A stretch of 64,000 nucleotides of DNA from Octopus sinensis (lineage: Eukaryota): contig NC_043013.1 of assembly GCF_006345805.1 (NCBI RefSeq), positions 12,648,001-12,712,000 on the forward strand. The letters run 5' to 3'. Of the stretch, positions 25,985-40,620 are shown piece after piece. Every line of letters begins with the position of its first letter. The stretch's first letter is position 1. The notes beneath the pieces are model-generated. The model had not been told where the DNA came from and did not search any database. It saw only the letters and a list, made by a program, of their open reading frames with translations. The translations under genes were made by a program, and so were the position numbers.

Positions 25985-26557
25985 GTACTCTAGGTACAAG
26001 GCCCGAAATTTTGGGGGAGGTTGCCAGTCGATTAGATCGACCCCAGTACGCAACTGGTACTTAATTTATCGATCCGAAATGATGAAAAGCAAAGTCGACC
26101 TAGGCGGAATTTGAAGTCAGAACGTAATGGCAGACGATATACCTATTTCTTTACTACCCACAAGGGGCTAAACACAGAGGGGACAAACAAGGACAGACAA
26201 ACGGATTAAGTCGATTATATCAACCCCAGTACGTAACTAGTACTTATTTAATCGGTCCCGAAAGGATGAAAGGCAAAGTCGACCTCGGCGGAATTTGAAC
26301 TCAGAACGTAGCAGCAGGTGAAATACTGCTAAGCATTTCGCCCGGCGTGCTAACGTTTCTTATTTCTTTATTGCCCACAGGGGCTAAACATAGAGGAGAC
26401 AAACAAGGACAGACAAAGGAATTAAGTCGATTACATCGATCCCAGTGCGTAACTGGTACTTAATTTATCGACCCCGAAAGGATGAAAGGCAAAGTTGACC
26501 CCGAGAGAAATAGCGCTAAGTGTTTTGTCTGGCATGCTAAAGATTCTGCCAGTTCGC
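25985..26557 (-). mobile_element. SINE family C, nested trimer
   Basis: Three bodies; tails 1, 1 and 2. Confidence 0.85.
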
Positions 26558-26620
26558 CGCCTTAATAGTAATAATAATAATGATGATGATGATGATGATG
26601 ATGTGATGATAAGACGATGA

Positions 26621-26654
<34 letters not shown>

Positions 26655-26674
26655 GGTGGTGGTGGAAATAATGA

Positions 26675-26708
<34 letters not shown>

Positions 26709-26760
26709 GGTGGTGGTGATGACGATGATGATGTGATGATAAGACGATGATGATGAGGAC

Positions 26761-26791
<31 letters not shown>

Positions 26792-27834
26792 GTGATGATG
26801 GTGGTGGAAATAAGGATGATGGTGGTGGTGGTGGTGGTGGTGGTGATGATGATGATGATGATGATGATGAAGAGCTTCAAGGTTAATTGGCCTCAAGGGC
26901 CGAAGGCGTTAAGGATAACATCGACAAAAAAGAAATGCGACACAAACCAAGGTGGGTGTTTACACCGATTAAAACGAGAAACAACAACAACAACAAACAG
27001 GATGTGAAAAAAAGAATATAAAAAAAAGAATTGAAATGAATGAATAAAAAAAAGATATAAACAAGTAAATAAAAAATAGAACCTCCAATGGCGAGGTTGG
27101 TCAACCTAGGGTATTTCGGAAAAAAACTCTGCAAAATGTTTCGGATTATTCCGATGTCTTCGAGTCAATGGAAGTGCCCTCTTCGAGTTTCTTGCCGCCT
27201 ACTTTCTACTCAGAGTAGGTTCTTTCAGTCTCGCCAGCCTTGCCACTCTCTTCTGCCTTTCCATAAATAATCTCCGAGGCGCCACCTCCTTCTCTACTCT
27301 TACCTTCCTCTTTAAAGAACGAAAACAGGGCCCTCGTAATGACATGGCACCCCCTGGGTCATTTGTAACTACACTGTATTCTGTATAGCTCTACCACCAA
27401 CACCACCACTACCAGCACCATCACTACTACCAGCACCAGCACCACCACCACCACCACTGCATTCACCACTACCGCATTCACTACTTGCACATTCACCACC
27501 ACCACCATCACGATTACCAATACCACCACTGCGATCACTACCACCACCACCATCAACACCACCTCTACAGCAATTACCACAACCATCAGCACCAGCAGCT
27601 GCAGTAGCAGCACCGCCACCGCCACCATCACCACCACCATCACCACCACCACCACCATCAACCACCACCACCACCTCTACAGTAATTATGACTACAACCA
27701 CCAATATCACCACTGCAAGCAAATACCATTACCACCACCACAACCGCAACTACTAAAACTACTACCACAACCACCAACAGAACCATTATCACCACCGCAA
27801 TTACTGTTACCACCACCATCACCCCATTGCCACT

Positions 27835-28265
27835 ACAACCACCATCACCACATTGCTATTACCACCACCATCACCACATTGCCACTACCACCACCAGCAC
27901 TACATTGCCACTACCACCACCATCACCACATTGCTATTACCACCACCATCACCACATTGCCACTACCACCACCATCACCACATTGCTATTACCACCACCA
28001 TCACCACATTGCCACTACCACCACCATCACCACATTACCACTACTACCACCATCACCACATTGCCACAACCACCACCATCACCACATTGCCACTACTACC
28101 ACCATCACCACATTGCCACTACCACCACCATCACCACATTACCACTACTACCACCATCATCACATTGCCACTACCACCACCATCACCACATTGCCACTAC
28201 CTCCACCATTACCACATTACCACTACCACCACCGCCATCACCACATTGCTACTACCACCACCATC
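27835..28265 (+). repeat. 26-bp minisatellite (ACCACCACCATCACCACATTGCCACT)n
   Basis: Direct reading; about 16 units. Confidence 0.85.
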
Positions 28266-29595
28266 ATAATCTCCACCGTCATCCCCGCCACCACCGTCAA
28301 AACACAAAGGTCAACCACACTATATCATTTTCAAATATTTCCATCTCGGTAACCACGAACCCCAAAACCTACCATCCAGCCCGTCGCCAACAACGCAAAA
28401 ACAACTAACAACAATATCACCATCACCGTCTACATCACCACCACCATCACCACCACCTCCAACACTACAAAACCATCGCAACAACTACCATTATCTTTCT
28501 CGTCCTCACAATCGCCGCCATCATTAAGCTAACTTCCAATACCAACAAAACCGCCCCATCACTACTACCACCACCGCCACCATTACCACCGTCACCGTCG
28601 CCGTCGTCGCCGCCGCCTGCTATCATCACCTAACAACACCATCACTGTCACCACCACCACCACCACCACCACCACCACCATCGTTATTGCGATCAACATG
28701 ACAGTCAACAGCATCACCACCACCACCTCCTCCACCAAACCACCACCATTACCACCATCACCGCCGCCGCCTCCACCACCACCATTACCACCACCACCAC
28801 CAATACTACTACCCCCCCCCCCCACAACTAGCCACAACAACAACATCAGCACCTCAGCCACTTTAATCAACACCTCTGCCATCACAACGCTACCGCATCT
28901 ACATTTACCACAAGCACCACCACCACCACCACTAAACCACCACCACCACCACTACCACCACCACCACTACCACCACCAACACCACCACCACTACCACCAC
29001 CTCCACCACCATAATCCCAAACATCCCTAGCACCAACACCAACACCACTACCACGTTTATCACTAACACTACTACCACCAACACCACCACGAACCACCCA
29101 TACTACGACTACCACCAATACTACCAAAGCCCCATTGGCGCTGTATTATACATGCTAATATTTTCCCTTCTTCCACGACCTTCAATCAAAAGACGAACCG
29201 AACAAACAAAAACATTGTATAAAATAGGAAAAAGGAAGAAAAGAAGGGGGGAAGAAAGGAAGGAGGGAAGAAAGGAAGAGAGCAAGGAAGGAAGAAAGAG
29301 ATGAGTTGAGGAGAAGTTAACAGGAATCAATGTATATTTGGATTGGAAGACGTGTGTGTGTGTGTGTGGTGGTCTGAAGTGAAGGAGTGACAAGACAGGG
29401 CTATGAATGACATGACCCAGTCACGTGTGTGACGTGACAATGTGACCCAGTCTGTCACCAACAGAGCAAATAAGAGAGAGAGAGAAATGGACAGACAGAC
29501 AGAGAGGAAGACAAGCATAGAGACATGCAAGCATGCAGGCATGCAGACAAATAAACAAACAGACACGCTGACTGACAGATACGCAGATTATATAT

Positions 29596-29651
<56 letters not shown>

Positions 29652-29659
29652 ATATATTT

Positions 29660-29863
29660 AATCCAAACAAGAAAGCACAAAAAAAAAACAACAACAACGC
29701 GAGGACGTGGAACAAATATAGTATTATTGGACGCTCAGGAAAGAAGGAAAGAAGAGGGTTTAACGTTTCGAGCGGAGCTCTTCGTCGGAAACATAGAAGG
29801 AAAGATCCAGAGAAGGGAAGACAGAGGAAAAAAATCGCCAAAGGTGCACACGAGGTCACATTT

Positions 29864-29875
<12 letters not shown>
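29660..29875 (-). mobile_element. Related short element, minimal hammerhead at 29758-29792
   Basis: GTTT-CCGACGA-A-GAGC-TCC-GCTC-GAAA-CG-TT-AAAC; shares ACGCTCAGGA with the family; flanked by (TA)n on both sides. Confidence 0.65.
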
Positions 29876-29912
<37 letters not shown>

Positions 29913-30000
29913 ATGTGTGTGTATATATGTGTGTGTGTGTGTGTACAGTCACACACGCATATATAGAGAGAATGAGATAAAGTTAGCTAGCTAACTAACG

Positions 30001-30051
<51 letters not shown>

Positions 30052-30393
30052 CAGACAGACGGACGGACAGACAGACCGATCGATAGATAGATTAGGAATA
30101 ATTTCAGTTGTCAAGCCATTTTCTTGGGAATGTGTACATATGTACACACACACACACACACACACATACGGACACATGCATACATTCTCACATACATACG
30201 CACACACACAAACGTATATCAGTTGTTCCTTGGTTCTTTATCTACTGAGGCAGTTGTTCGCAAAGATGATGTAACATACGTTGTGATGTGGGCTTTATAA
30301 ACTCGAGCGACACCCAGTACTCACTAAGCCCCTGGAAACTGCTGATTTCCTTTATAGAAAAAGTCAGAAAGAGCAAGTGAGAAAGAGAGAGAG

Positions 30394-30425
<32 letters not shown>

Positions 30426-30629
30426 TAGGTGCCAACAGAGAGAGAGAGAGAGAGGTGCCAACAGAGAGAGAGAGAGGTGCCAAGAGAGAGAGAGTGAGAC
30501 AGACAGACAGAGACAAAAGCAGAAACAGAGAGTGAGACAGACATACACACATACAGAGGGAGAGAGTGAAACAAAGAGAGAGTGTGTGTGTGTTGTGCAC
30601 GTGAATGTATGAAAGACAGAAAGAACAAT

Positions 30630-31930
30630 ACCCATAAGGATTCACCAATCTCGATGTTTAAAATTGCAAAAGGCTGTAAAAGAATGTTGTATTTCTCTGA
30701 AATACACGATTGCAAAGTTTGCATCTTCTGGAAAGCTTAATGTTAGATAATACTTGTTCCATAACTGACAAATTCATTTGATAGATGTTGACACTATCAT
30801 CCATTAAACACCAGATGTATTTGGCGAGTAAGAATACATGTCTTTCAGAATATTTTTGTATCTTTGCATATGTTGCGAGAATTTTAAAAGGTTTTTTGAA
30901 AGCTCTGTATAGCTTTTTGTTTCTTTCTTATTTGTAAGTGGTATCTTATCTCGGTAAATTAAAGCTTAAGAAAAACATATGCCACTGAGAGAGCAACAAT
31001 TAAGGTTGTTGAAATTACACAAAGAATAGCTTTGCGTGTTCGTACTAGGAAGTTTTCCTGTTTATAATGTAACAACGGATAATTAGTGCAATTATATTAC
31101 TATTTTCACTATCTTTTGAGGAGATGTTTACTATAAAGTTTATGAAAATATTTCTAACGTTAGAACGAACATTTACACTATTTGGTTGCTTGTATCATAT
31201 GATATTTCATTTCCAACTTTTTGCAATTTTGTTTATTAGTTTTGTGCTATATATAAATATGTTATAACTTTCAGACTACTTCCTTTTAACGCAGCATTGT
31301 AATAATGAACAGCATGGGTTAAAAGGTTACTCATTTTAGAATAAACTAGGTAAGCGATTACTAATAACAAATATTTTTTTTTGTCTAAGTATTACTGAGA
31401 ATATTGAGTGTTGGGTAGAATGTATGTATTTTGCAATTTCTCTCGAGTTTTCAAATTGGGCAGTGTGTAGCAGTAACTAAATCGAGAATTATATCTTTAG
31501 AAATTCACTATACTTATGTGAATCTAATGTGTTATTCAAATCTAATTCCTTGAATATATTAATGAATTCCTTCCTAACAGCATCCATTATGTGGCACATC
31601 ATACCTTGTAAGACCATATGCAGAGTGGAATCTATACTGAAATAGGTGTAAGGTGTACATTCCTATCAATTCACAAATCTCAGTCCCATCGTACGATCCC
31701 ATTTTCACATAAAACAATATATGACCATTGTATTTAATACAAACACAATTATTTTCTAACATACATCGTGATATTTATGTCAAAATCAATAACTATAATA
31801 AAATTTAGTTATAGACGGTTAGAACTATTCAATATCGAACTGCACAAATTCATGAAGGTGTTTATCATCTATATTACTAAAACTCTTGAAAACAGGTAAA
31901 CTATTACTCACTTACGGAATAGAAGTGATT
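30630..31930 (-). mobile_element. Old degenerate PLE (Naiad-like) remnant
   Basis: MGSYDGTEICELIG (31574-31762) matches the RT motif of the intact element; LAKYIW and RCKLC endonuclease remnants near 30700-30850. Confidence 0.7.
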
Positions 31931-31940
31931 TATTTAAAAA

Positions 31941-32489
31941 CTAGATTAAAAGTCGCACTCCTTGCGGGCTTTCGAGCCCCCTTCTGCGGAGGACTAGAGC
32001 TAAATAGCATGGATAATGTATAATCTGTCTACGTAGTGCAAATATGGATATAATATGTCTATAATGACTATATGCTCCGATGGAGTTTTATCAGAGGTTA
32101 TGGACGGATGAGAATTAATTCTGTAATGCAATCATTCTATTGTTCCAGTCCCAAGTTGAATTCCATCTGTTGACCAATTTGTCCCAAAGTTCTTATCACG
32201 ACATCAAATTGACGAAGCGAATATCACTTATCTCCCTCTCAATCTCTGACGTCATCTGACAAACGGCAACCAAGATGGCGTGAATTAGCCAAGCTTTATC
32301 TGCTAGAAATAGCACCCATATGCTTTTAAATCTAATCCCAATGCTGGATTTCAAGAACCAAATAAAGGGCAAATTTTCATTCTTGAGATCATCCTGATTA
32401 CAAAAATATATAAACTATCTACGTAGTGCAAATATAGATTGAGAGACAGAAGTCCCAGACAAACAGAATCTCGCATTTATTATTATAGA
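31941..32489 (-). mobile_element. Non-autonomous Helitron (different 3' hairpin)
   Basis: A|TCTATAATAATAAATG start, hairpin CGCA-AGGAG-TGCG, CTAG|T end. Confidence 0.7.
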
Positions 32490-32837
32490 TGATGGAATCT
32501 AAAATATATTTACTCACTCAACGCATTTCATTTTTTTTCACGCTAATTAACCTACATTTTCGGTTGGCGAGAAAATTATTGTTATGATCTTTAAGTGTAA
32601 TATAGGGTACACGTAAGGTTTAAATCTATACATGGCTAGCAGCTATTTTATTGGATTCTGATATGGCAAGTACTAGACATCTTATAGATATCGCTGTAAG
32701 AATAGTGTATCGTTTTGTGTTCCTTAACGTAAAATTCTATATGCTTCAGTGTCAGGTGAATTACACAAAACTAAGGACTTTAAAGCGACCAGATATATAT
32801 CTGTAGTTGTCTCTTTCTAGCAAAGGTCAGACATTAC

Positions 32838-33013
32838 TTTCTCTAGCTTGAGAAATTTATTTTTAATTTCTGGTAGATATCTCCCTTTCTCTTTGGGTGT
32901 CAGTAACAATTCCTTCTCGATTTTGTTTTCTTCCCGCCTCTCAAACTCAGAAGGAAATACGGCATTCAATTCACTTGCCATGAACTGAGTTAAATATAAT
33001 GTAGTAGGTACCA
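32838..33013 (-). CDS. Putative exon of an unidentified host gene
   Basis: Acceptor TATCTTTCTTGTAAATAG|; open frame VPTTLYLTQF..KFLKLEK ending at AAA|GTAATG; alternative 39-nt version (GTYYIIFNSVHGK) ends at 32975. Confidence 0.35.
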
Positions 33014-33202
33014 CTATTTACAAGAAAGATACAATTCAGTATGATTGTGGAGTAACAATTATGTTGTGGACATTAATAAACTGAATACTTCAAAGTGACT
33101 TATAACACTTTCACCAAAGATGAAACCTCTACCAATTGGGAGGCTTGCACAAGATTTTTCAGCGGCCATAATAATAAGCAGTGTGTTTATGTGAGTATGG
33201 GT

Positions 33203-33240
<38 letters not shown>

Positions 33241-33505
33241 TTGATGAACCAGCTTTCTTTTTTTGTGAATATGCAATTATATATTATAAGGCCGAGCATA
33301 CATATTAATTAATGCAAACATGTGAGCATAATTTCTTGCATACTGAAATTATTACATGAAAAAGGTTGCGAAACGGCTGTAATCCCATTGAAGTCACTTG
33401 GTTTGATATATAGATATATATTCAACTCTCAAGTCTCCTGAGCTTATGTTTATCTATCTATCTACCTACCCAAACACTCACCCACCCACCTACCTACCTA
33501 CTTTA

Positions 33506-33561
<56 letters not shown>

Positions 33562-33574
33562 GTCTATCTATCTA

Positions 33575-33679
<105 letters not shown>

Positions 33680-33689
33680 CATCTATCTA

Positions 33690-33736
<47 letters not shown>

Positions 33737-33945
33737 ATGTATATATCTATATATATTGGATGCAAACATACATATATGCATTCAAACATATAGACAGAAT
33801 TAGGTGTCTCTAGAGGAAGTATCATAATCACCCAATGGCAATTAAAACCTACTCCATATGTGAAGGGGAGATAATCTCATGAATCAAGAATTCTCCAAAG
33901 CTGTCTTGCCATTAAAGAAAATAACAGCCTGCTTCTCGTACTCAC

Positions 33946-34054
33946 GTGTTTCTGCCCCAATAGGCATTATCAACATGTCTATAGTTATATTCTTTCGCCA
34001 GCAGTAGCCACTGATCACTGTGAGCTATTTCCCTCAGCTCATTTTTGTTTAATC
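33946..34054 (-). CDS. Putative internal exon of an unidentified host gene
   Basis: Donor AC|GTGAGT; open frame GLNKNELREIAHSDQWLLLAKEYNYRHVDNAYWGRN; acceptor uncertain (AAG before 34054, or CAG before 34079 which would include a stop). Confidence 0.45.
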
Positions 34055-34140
34055 CTTAGGAGATGATAGGGCCGATACCCTGCCCGAAAAATCGAATGTC
34101 GAAGAAAATTATATTACTTCATTCAATTTCTTATAATATA

Positions 34141-34439
34141 CTAGCAGTATCGCCCGGCGTTGCTCGGGTTTGTAAGGGAAATAACTATATAAGCATTCTT
34201 AGAGAGTTACTTCCCTTATATAATAGCAAAAAACAGGCATTAAAAATGGGAAAAAATGATGGTATTTTTTTTTTAAATCGTAGACTCATCGTAGACGCGC
34301 GCTAATACCCAGAAGGGCTCGATATGAATCACGACTATAAGATACCCGCTTTTGGTTAAACTGCACCGCAAAATGTGGGAGTAGTTAGGAATCTAAATCG
34401 TAGGAGACAGACACACAACTTCACTTTTATATATAAAGA
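34141..34439 (-). mobile_element. Non-autonomous Helitron
   Basis: A|TC start, hairpin CCCGAGCAACGCCGGG, CTAG|T end. Confidence 0.85.
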
Positions 34440-35119
34440 TATAGTTTTATATATGTAAAGTAATTAATTTTTTTATAATAAAAAAAAAATAAGTGCATGT
34501 CCTCTGTAGGGGTTGTGAAAAGGGCTCCATCTTCTTTGCACTGAAACTCCAAATGCGGCTCCGTCACCAAAGGGTTAAGTTATACAAAAGTTTGTTCAAA
34601 TCTTTCGGTCCGTATAAGTGTTTGCTCGATGTAAGATCAAGAGATAAGATTAGGATAACTGTTGTCCTGGTATCGCCTACCATTCTTCCTTCACTCCACC
34701 CAATCCTTCACTCCATCGATCCTTCACTCAATCCAATTCTCTCAGCTCTCACTCCATCCAGCTCTTACTCCAAACATTATTTCACTCCACCAGTCACTCA
34801 TTTCCCGCCCTACCTAACACCAACCGGCCGGGCAGCAGGCCAGCCAGCCAGCCAGCCACGTCTACAGACATCCAGGCATCAGTGCAGTCATCCTAAACTG
34901 GATGTTTCGCACCATTGGATGGTAATGGTTTGGTGGTTATTAGTCTGTGAGAGACTGCTGCTGCTGCTGTTGCTTCTGCTACAACGCCGGGATGGTAGCA
35001 GGGGCCACAAATATGGATATGGATAAGAGATTCAATTAGATCCAACAACAGCTAGACTATAGCAACACGCAACACAGACTTCGGGATTTGATTAAATTCT
35101 TCAATCGAATTTTACTGAG

Positions 35120-35750
35120 ATATGGTGGAACATTGGTGTTGGTGGTGGTGATGGTGGTGGTGATGATGGTGGTGGTGATGGTGGTGTTGGTGGTGTCGGT
35201 GTTGATGTTGGTGGTTGTGGTGGTGTTGGTGTCGTTGTTGTTGGTATTAGTGGTGGTGGTGATGGTATCATTGTTGGTTGTGGTGTTGGTAGTGGTGTTA
35301 GTGGTGGGGATGGTGGTGTTGTTGGCGTTGGTGTCGTTGGTGTTGATGGTGATGGTAGTGTTAGTGGTGGTGTTAGTGGTGATGATGGTGGTGATGGAGG
35401 TGGTGTTGGTGGTGTTGGTTTGGTGTTGGTGTCGTTGTTGTTGGTGATGTTAGTGGTCGTGATGGTGGTGATAGTGACAATGGTGGTGGTGGTGGTGGTG
35501 GTGGTGGTGGTGTTAGCGGTGGTGTTGTTGGTGTTGGTGTTGGTATCGTTGTTGGTGGTGGTATTGGTGGCGGTGGTAGTGGTTGTGTTGTTGGTGGTGT
35601 TAGTGGTGGTGATGGTGGTGATGATGACTACAATTTTCAAGGCGGCGGTGATCGTGCAGCGAGTGACGATAGTGATGCCGCTGATCTTTCAGATGGTAGT
35701 ACTGGTGGGGGTGGAGTTTAGTAATCGGTGGGGATGATGTTAATGATAAA

Positions 35751-35801
<51 letters not shown>

Positions 35802-36016
35802 AAACATGATGTCGATGATGATGATGGGATGATGATTATGATGATGATGGTGATGACGATGAGTGTATTGACGATGAGGACATCGTCGGCGACAATGATG
35901 TTGATGATGATGACGACGGCGATGATGCTGACGATGAAGATGCTGAAGTTAGTGATAAAGATGATGATGATGATGATGGTGGTAGTGATGATGATAATGA
36001 TGATGATAATGATGAC

Positions 36017-36054
<38 letters not shown>

Positions 36055-36318
36055 CGATGGTGTTGGTGGTGATGGTGGTGGTGATGACGATGATCAAGAC
36101 GACGACGACGACTATGATGATGATGATATTGGTGATGAGGACGACGACGATGATCATCTTGATCATCATCATCGTCATAGTCACAGTTACGGTTTCGGCG
36201 GTGGTAGTGCTAGTGGTGGAGATGGATGTGGCAATGACGGTGATATTAGTGATATTAGTAATGATCTAGAAGCGTTTCGGAAGAGTGGCAGCCCCTACCA
36301 CTACTACTACTACTACTA

Positions 36319-36366
<48 letters not shown>

Positions 36367-36434
36367 AACCACCACCACCACCACCACTACCACCACCACC
36401 ACAACCACCACCACCACCACTACTACTACTACTA

Positions 36435-36472
<38 letters not shown>

Positions 36473-36474
36473 AC

Positions 36475-36507
<33 letters not shown>

Positions 36508-36541
36508 AACCACCACCACCACCACTACCACCACCACCACC

Positions 36542-36622
<81 letters not shown>

Positions 36623-37397
36623 GTTGTGCTGCTAATTGTGATGGCGATGGTGGTGATAGTGGTGGTGGTGGTAGTGTTTAAGATGCTGTTAGGGATGCCG
36701 AAACAGTGGTGTTGCCATAAGTGGTAGCGTTAATTAAGACAATTGTGGGGCGACGGCGTAGGTGGTAGTGGTGCCAGTGGTTTATTGTGGTGGTAGTAAT
36801 GGTATGGGTGATGATGGTGGCACTGGTTTCACTCACATTCCTTGACATGGTGGTGTTGTTGTTGTTATTGTTGTTGGCGGTGGTGGTGGTAGGGATGCGG
36901 GATTAGGGTGGTGATTGAGGGTGGTGGTGGCGGCGGTGGGACTGATGGCGGTGGAGGTGACGGTGGCGGTGGTGGCGGTGTTGTTGTTGTTGTTGTTGTT
37001 GTTGTTGCTTGTGGTGGTGGTGGTTTTGGCGGTGGTGATTCTGATGGAGATATTTCTGGTGGTGGCCTTAGTGGTAGTAGTAGTAGTGGTAGTGATAGTG
37101 GTAGCGGTGGTGATAACGGTGGTGGTGAAGGCGATAGAGGCGGCGGCGGCGACGGTGGTGATGGTGATGGTGTCACTTTGATTAGGGAGGATAGAGAGGG
37201 TTGATATGGTTATGCAAGTCTGCTAGTTTGCGTCGATATCACCAATAATAAACGAATACGGGAACGCCACTATAAACAGCGAGCAATATATATACACGTA
37301 TACATATATATGCATATAAATATACATGTATATACATATTCTATGGTAGGAATATGAATATATATGTAATATATACGTGTGAGTTTGTACATATGTA

Positions 37398-37439
<42 letters not shown>

Positions 37440-37704
37440 ATATATACATATTTATATATGGTATATATATATATGTAAATATATATGTGTGTATGCATAT
37501 ATATATATATATGTAGGTGTGTGGTGTATAAATTTATAATCCGAATATACCATAAATATATATGTTCGCAGTATGTATGTGTATATGCGGAGTCTAAGTA
37601 AGGGTTATAATTTGAGATTATATTCGAAGAATGTATAAGATATTGTATATATAATATATAGATATATATGTATATATATATGTATATATATATATATATA
37701 TATA

Positions 37705-37736
<32 letters not shown>

Positions 37737-37741
37737 CTATA

Positions 37742-37809
<68 letters not shown>

Positions 37810-38115
37810 TCCACACATACACAGAGATGTATATATGTATCTATACATATCTATGTATGTATAAGACGTTTCTGTAATCCGTTTGTGTGTGTGTGTGTGT
37901 GTGTGAAGTAGCTGTGTGCTCAATGAAGTGTAGCTGTCTATAGCCCGTGTAAGCCTCTATCTTTACAAAGATAATTGTGTATAAGAGGAGGCGGGGGCGT
38001 CAGAAGAGACTAATTTGAAATTTCAGAAATATATTTATATCTCTATCGAGACTGACACATGTACACACCCTCACAAACCACTATACACAATTAGAAATGA
38101 ATACACACACACACA

Positions 38116-38165
<50 letters not shown>

Positions 38166-38608
38166 CACACATATATATAATTTATATCCATGTTCATATC
38201 TATATGTGTACATGGAAATACTGGCACGTGTCATACGCACACACACACACACACACACACATACACACGCATGTATATATGTATATAACTATACATTTAC
38301 ATATATGTCTTTGTACGCACATGTATTCATACATAAGTTTGTATGCCTACAAGAATTTATATACATACGTAAATATACAAATGCATACATACACACATAC
38401 TCACACACATGCATATATACATACATAAATCCCACTCCCCCCCATATATATATATATACATGCATACATACATACTTACATACATACATACGTACATACA
38501 TACATACGTACGTACATACATACATACATACATACGTACATACGTACATACATGCATACATACATACATACATACATACATACATGCATACATACATACA
38601 TACATACA

Positions 38609-38640
<32 letters not shown>

Positions 38641-38662
38641 CATGCATACATACGTACATACA

Positions 38663-38696
<34 letters not shown>

Positions 38697-38720
38697 CATG
38701 CATACATACATACATACATG

Positions 38721-38752
<32 letters not shown>

Positions 38753-38870
38753 CATGCATACATACATATATACATACATACATACGTACATACATACATA
38801 CATGCATACATACATACATACATATATACATGCATACATACATACATACATGCATACATACATACATACA

Positions 38871-38902
<32 letters not shown>

Positions 38903-38916
38903 CATATATACATACA

Positions 38917-38950
<34 letters not shown>

Positions 38951-38996
38951 CATGCATACATACATACATACATACATATATACATGCATACATACA

Positions 38997-39030
<34 letters not shown>

Positions 39031-39584
39031 CATACATACATACATACATACATACATACACACATACATACATACATACATACATACATACATACGTACA
39101 TACATACATACATGCATACATACATACATACATACATACATACATACATACATACATACATACGTACATGCAAATAAAAGCACACACATAAATGCATATA
39201 TATTCGTATATACACTCAGTAAAAGGAATCATACCAGCACCATTACACTACAACAACAACCACAAAAACACAACAACAACAGCAACAACAACAACAACAG
39301 CAGCAGCAGCAACAACAACAACAACGGTACTACACGTCATGATATAAGAGGCGACCACCCATCCATGGCAGTCTTAAGTGACTGAGCAACTGAGCTGAAG
39401 ACAATGTTAAAACTGACTGAAATAATGGTATATTTACTGCCATCCAGCTTTATTTGTTGCTGTTGTTCTTGTTGTTGTTGTTGTTTTGGTTGTTACTATA
39501 ATTGTTGTTGTTTTGTTCCAAGTCGGCTCTAATCCTGTTCTTCATTTATTATAATTATGACTATTATTATTATTGTTGTTGTTA

Positions 39585-39628
<44 letters not shown>

Positions 39629-39775
39629 TATTATTATTACTATTATTATTATTATTATTATCAATAATATTATTTTATTATTATTATTACTATTATTATT
39701 ATTATTATTATTAATATTATTTATTATTATTATTATTACTATTATTATTATCATTATTATTATTATTATTATTAT

Positions 39776-39806
<31 letters not shown>

Positions 39807-39878
39807 TATTATTATTATATCATTATTATTATTTATTATTATTATTACTATTATTCATATTACTATTATTATTATATA

Positions 39879-39917
<39 letters not shown>

Positions 39918-39945
39918 ATTATATTATTACTATTATTATTATTAC

Positions 39946-39984
<39 letters not shown>

Positions 39985-40122
39985 TTATTTATTATTATTA
40001 TTATTATTATTTTATTACATTATTATTATTATTATTATTATTATATTTCATTATTATTATTATTATTATTACTATTATTATTATTATTATTATTATTATT
40101 ATCATTATTATTATTATTAATA

Positions 40123-40168
<46 letters not shown>

Positions 40169-40248
40169 TTTATCATTATTACTATTATTATTAATATATT
40201 ATTATATTATTATTATTATCATATTATTATTATTATTATTATTATTAC

Positions 40249-40279
<31 letters not shown>

Positions 40280-40284
40280 GTTAC

Positions 40285-40323
<39 letters not shown>

Positions 40324-40405
40324 CATTATTATTATATTATTATTACTATTATTATTATTATTATTATATTATTATTATATCATTATTATTATTATTATTA
40401 TACTA

Positions 40406-40436
<31 letters not shown>

Positions 40437-40512
40437 TATCATTATTACTATTATTATTATTACTATTATTATTATTATTATTATCATCATTATTATTATT
40501 ATTATATTATCC

Positions 40513-40545
<33 letters not shown>

Positions 40546-40577
40546 GTTACTATTTATTATATTATATTATTATTATG

Positions 40578-40614
<37 letters not shown>

Positions 40615-40620
40615 GTTTTA
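35120..40620. repeat. Run of large microsatellites: GGT/GAT/TAC, (TA)n, (TACA)n 38380-39170, (TTA)n 39540-40620
   Basis: Direct reading. Confidence 0.95.

Noticed and set aside
27120-27170. Possible hammerhead remnant (TCGAAGA..GGA-ATAA-TCC-GAAAC, minus)
   Set aside because: Four extra nucleotides before stem II and no stem I or III.
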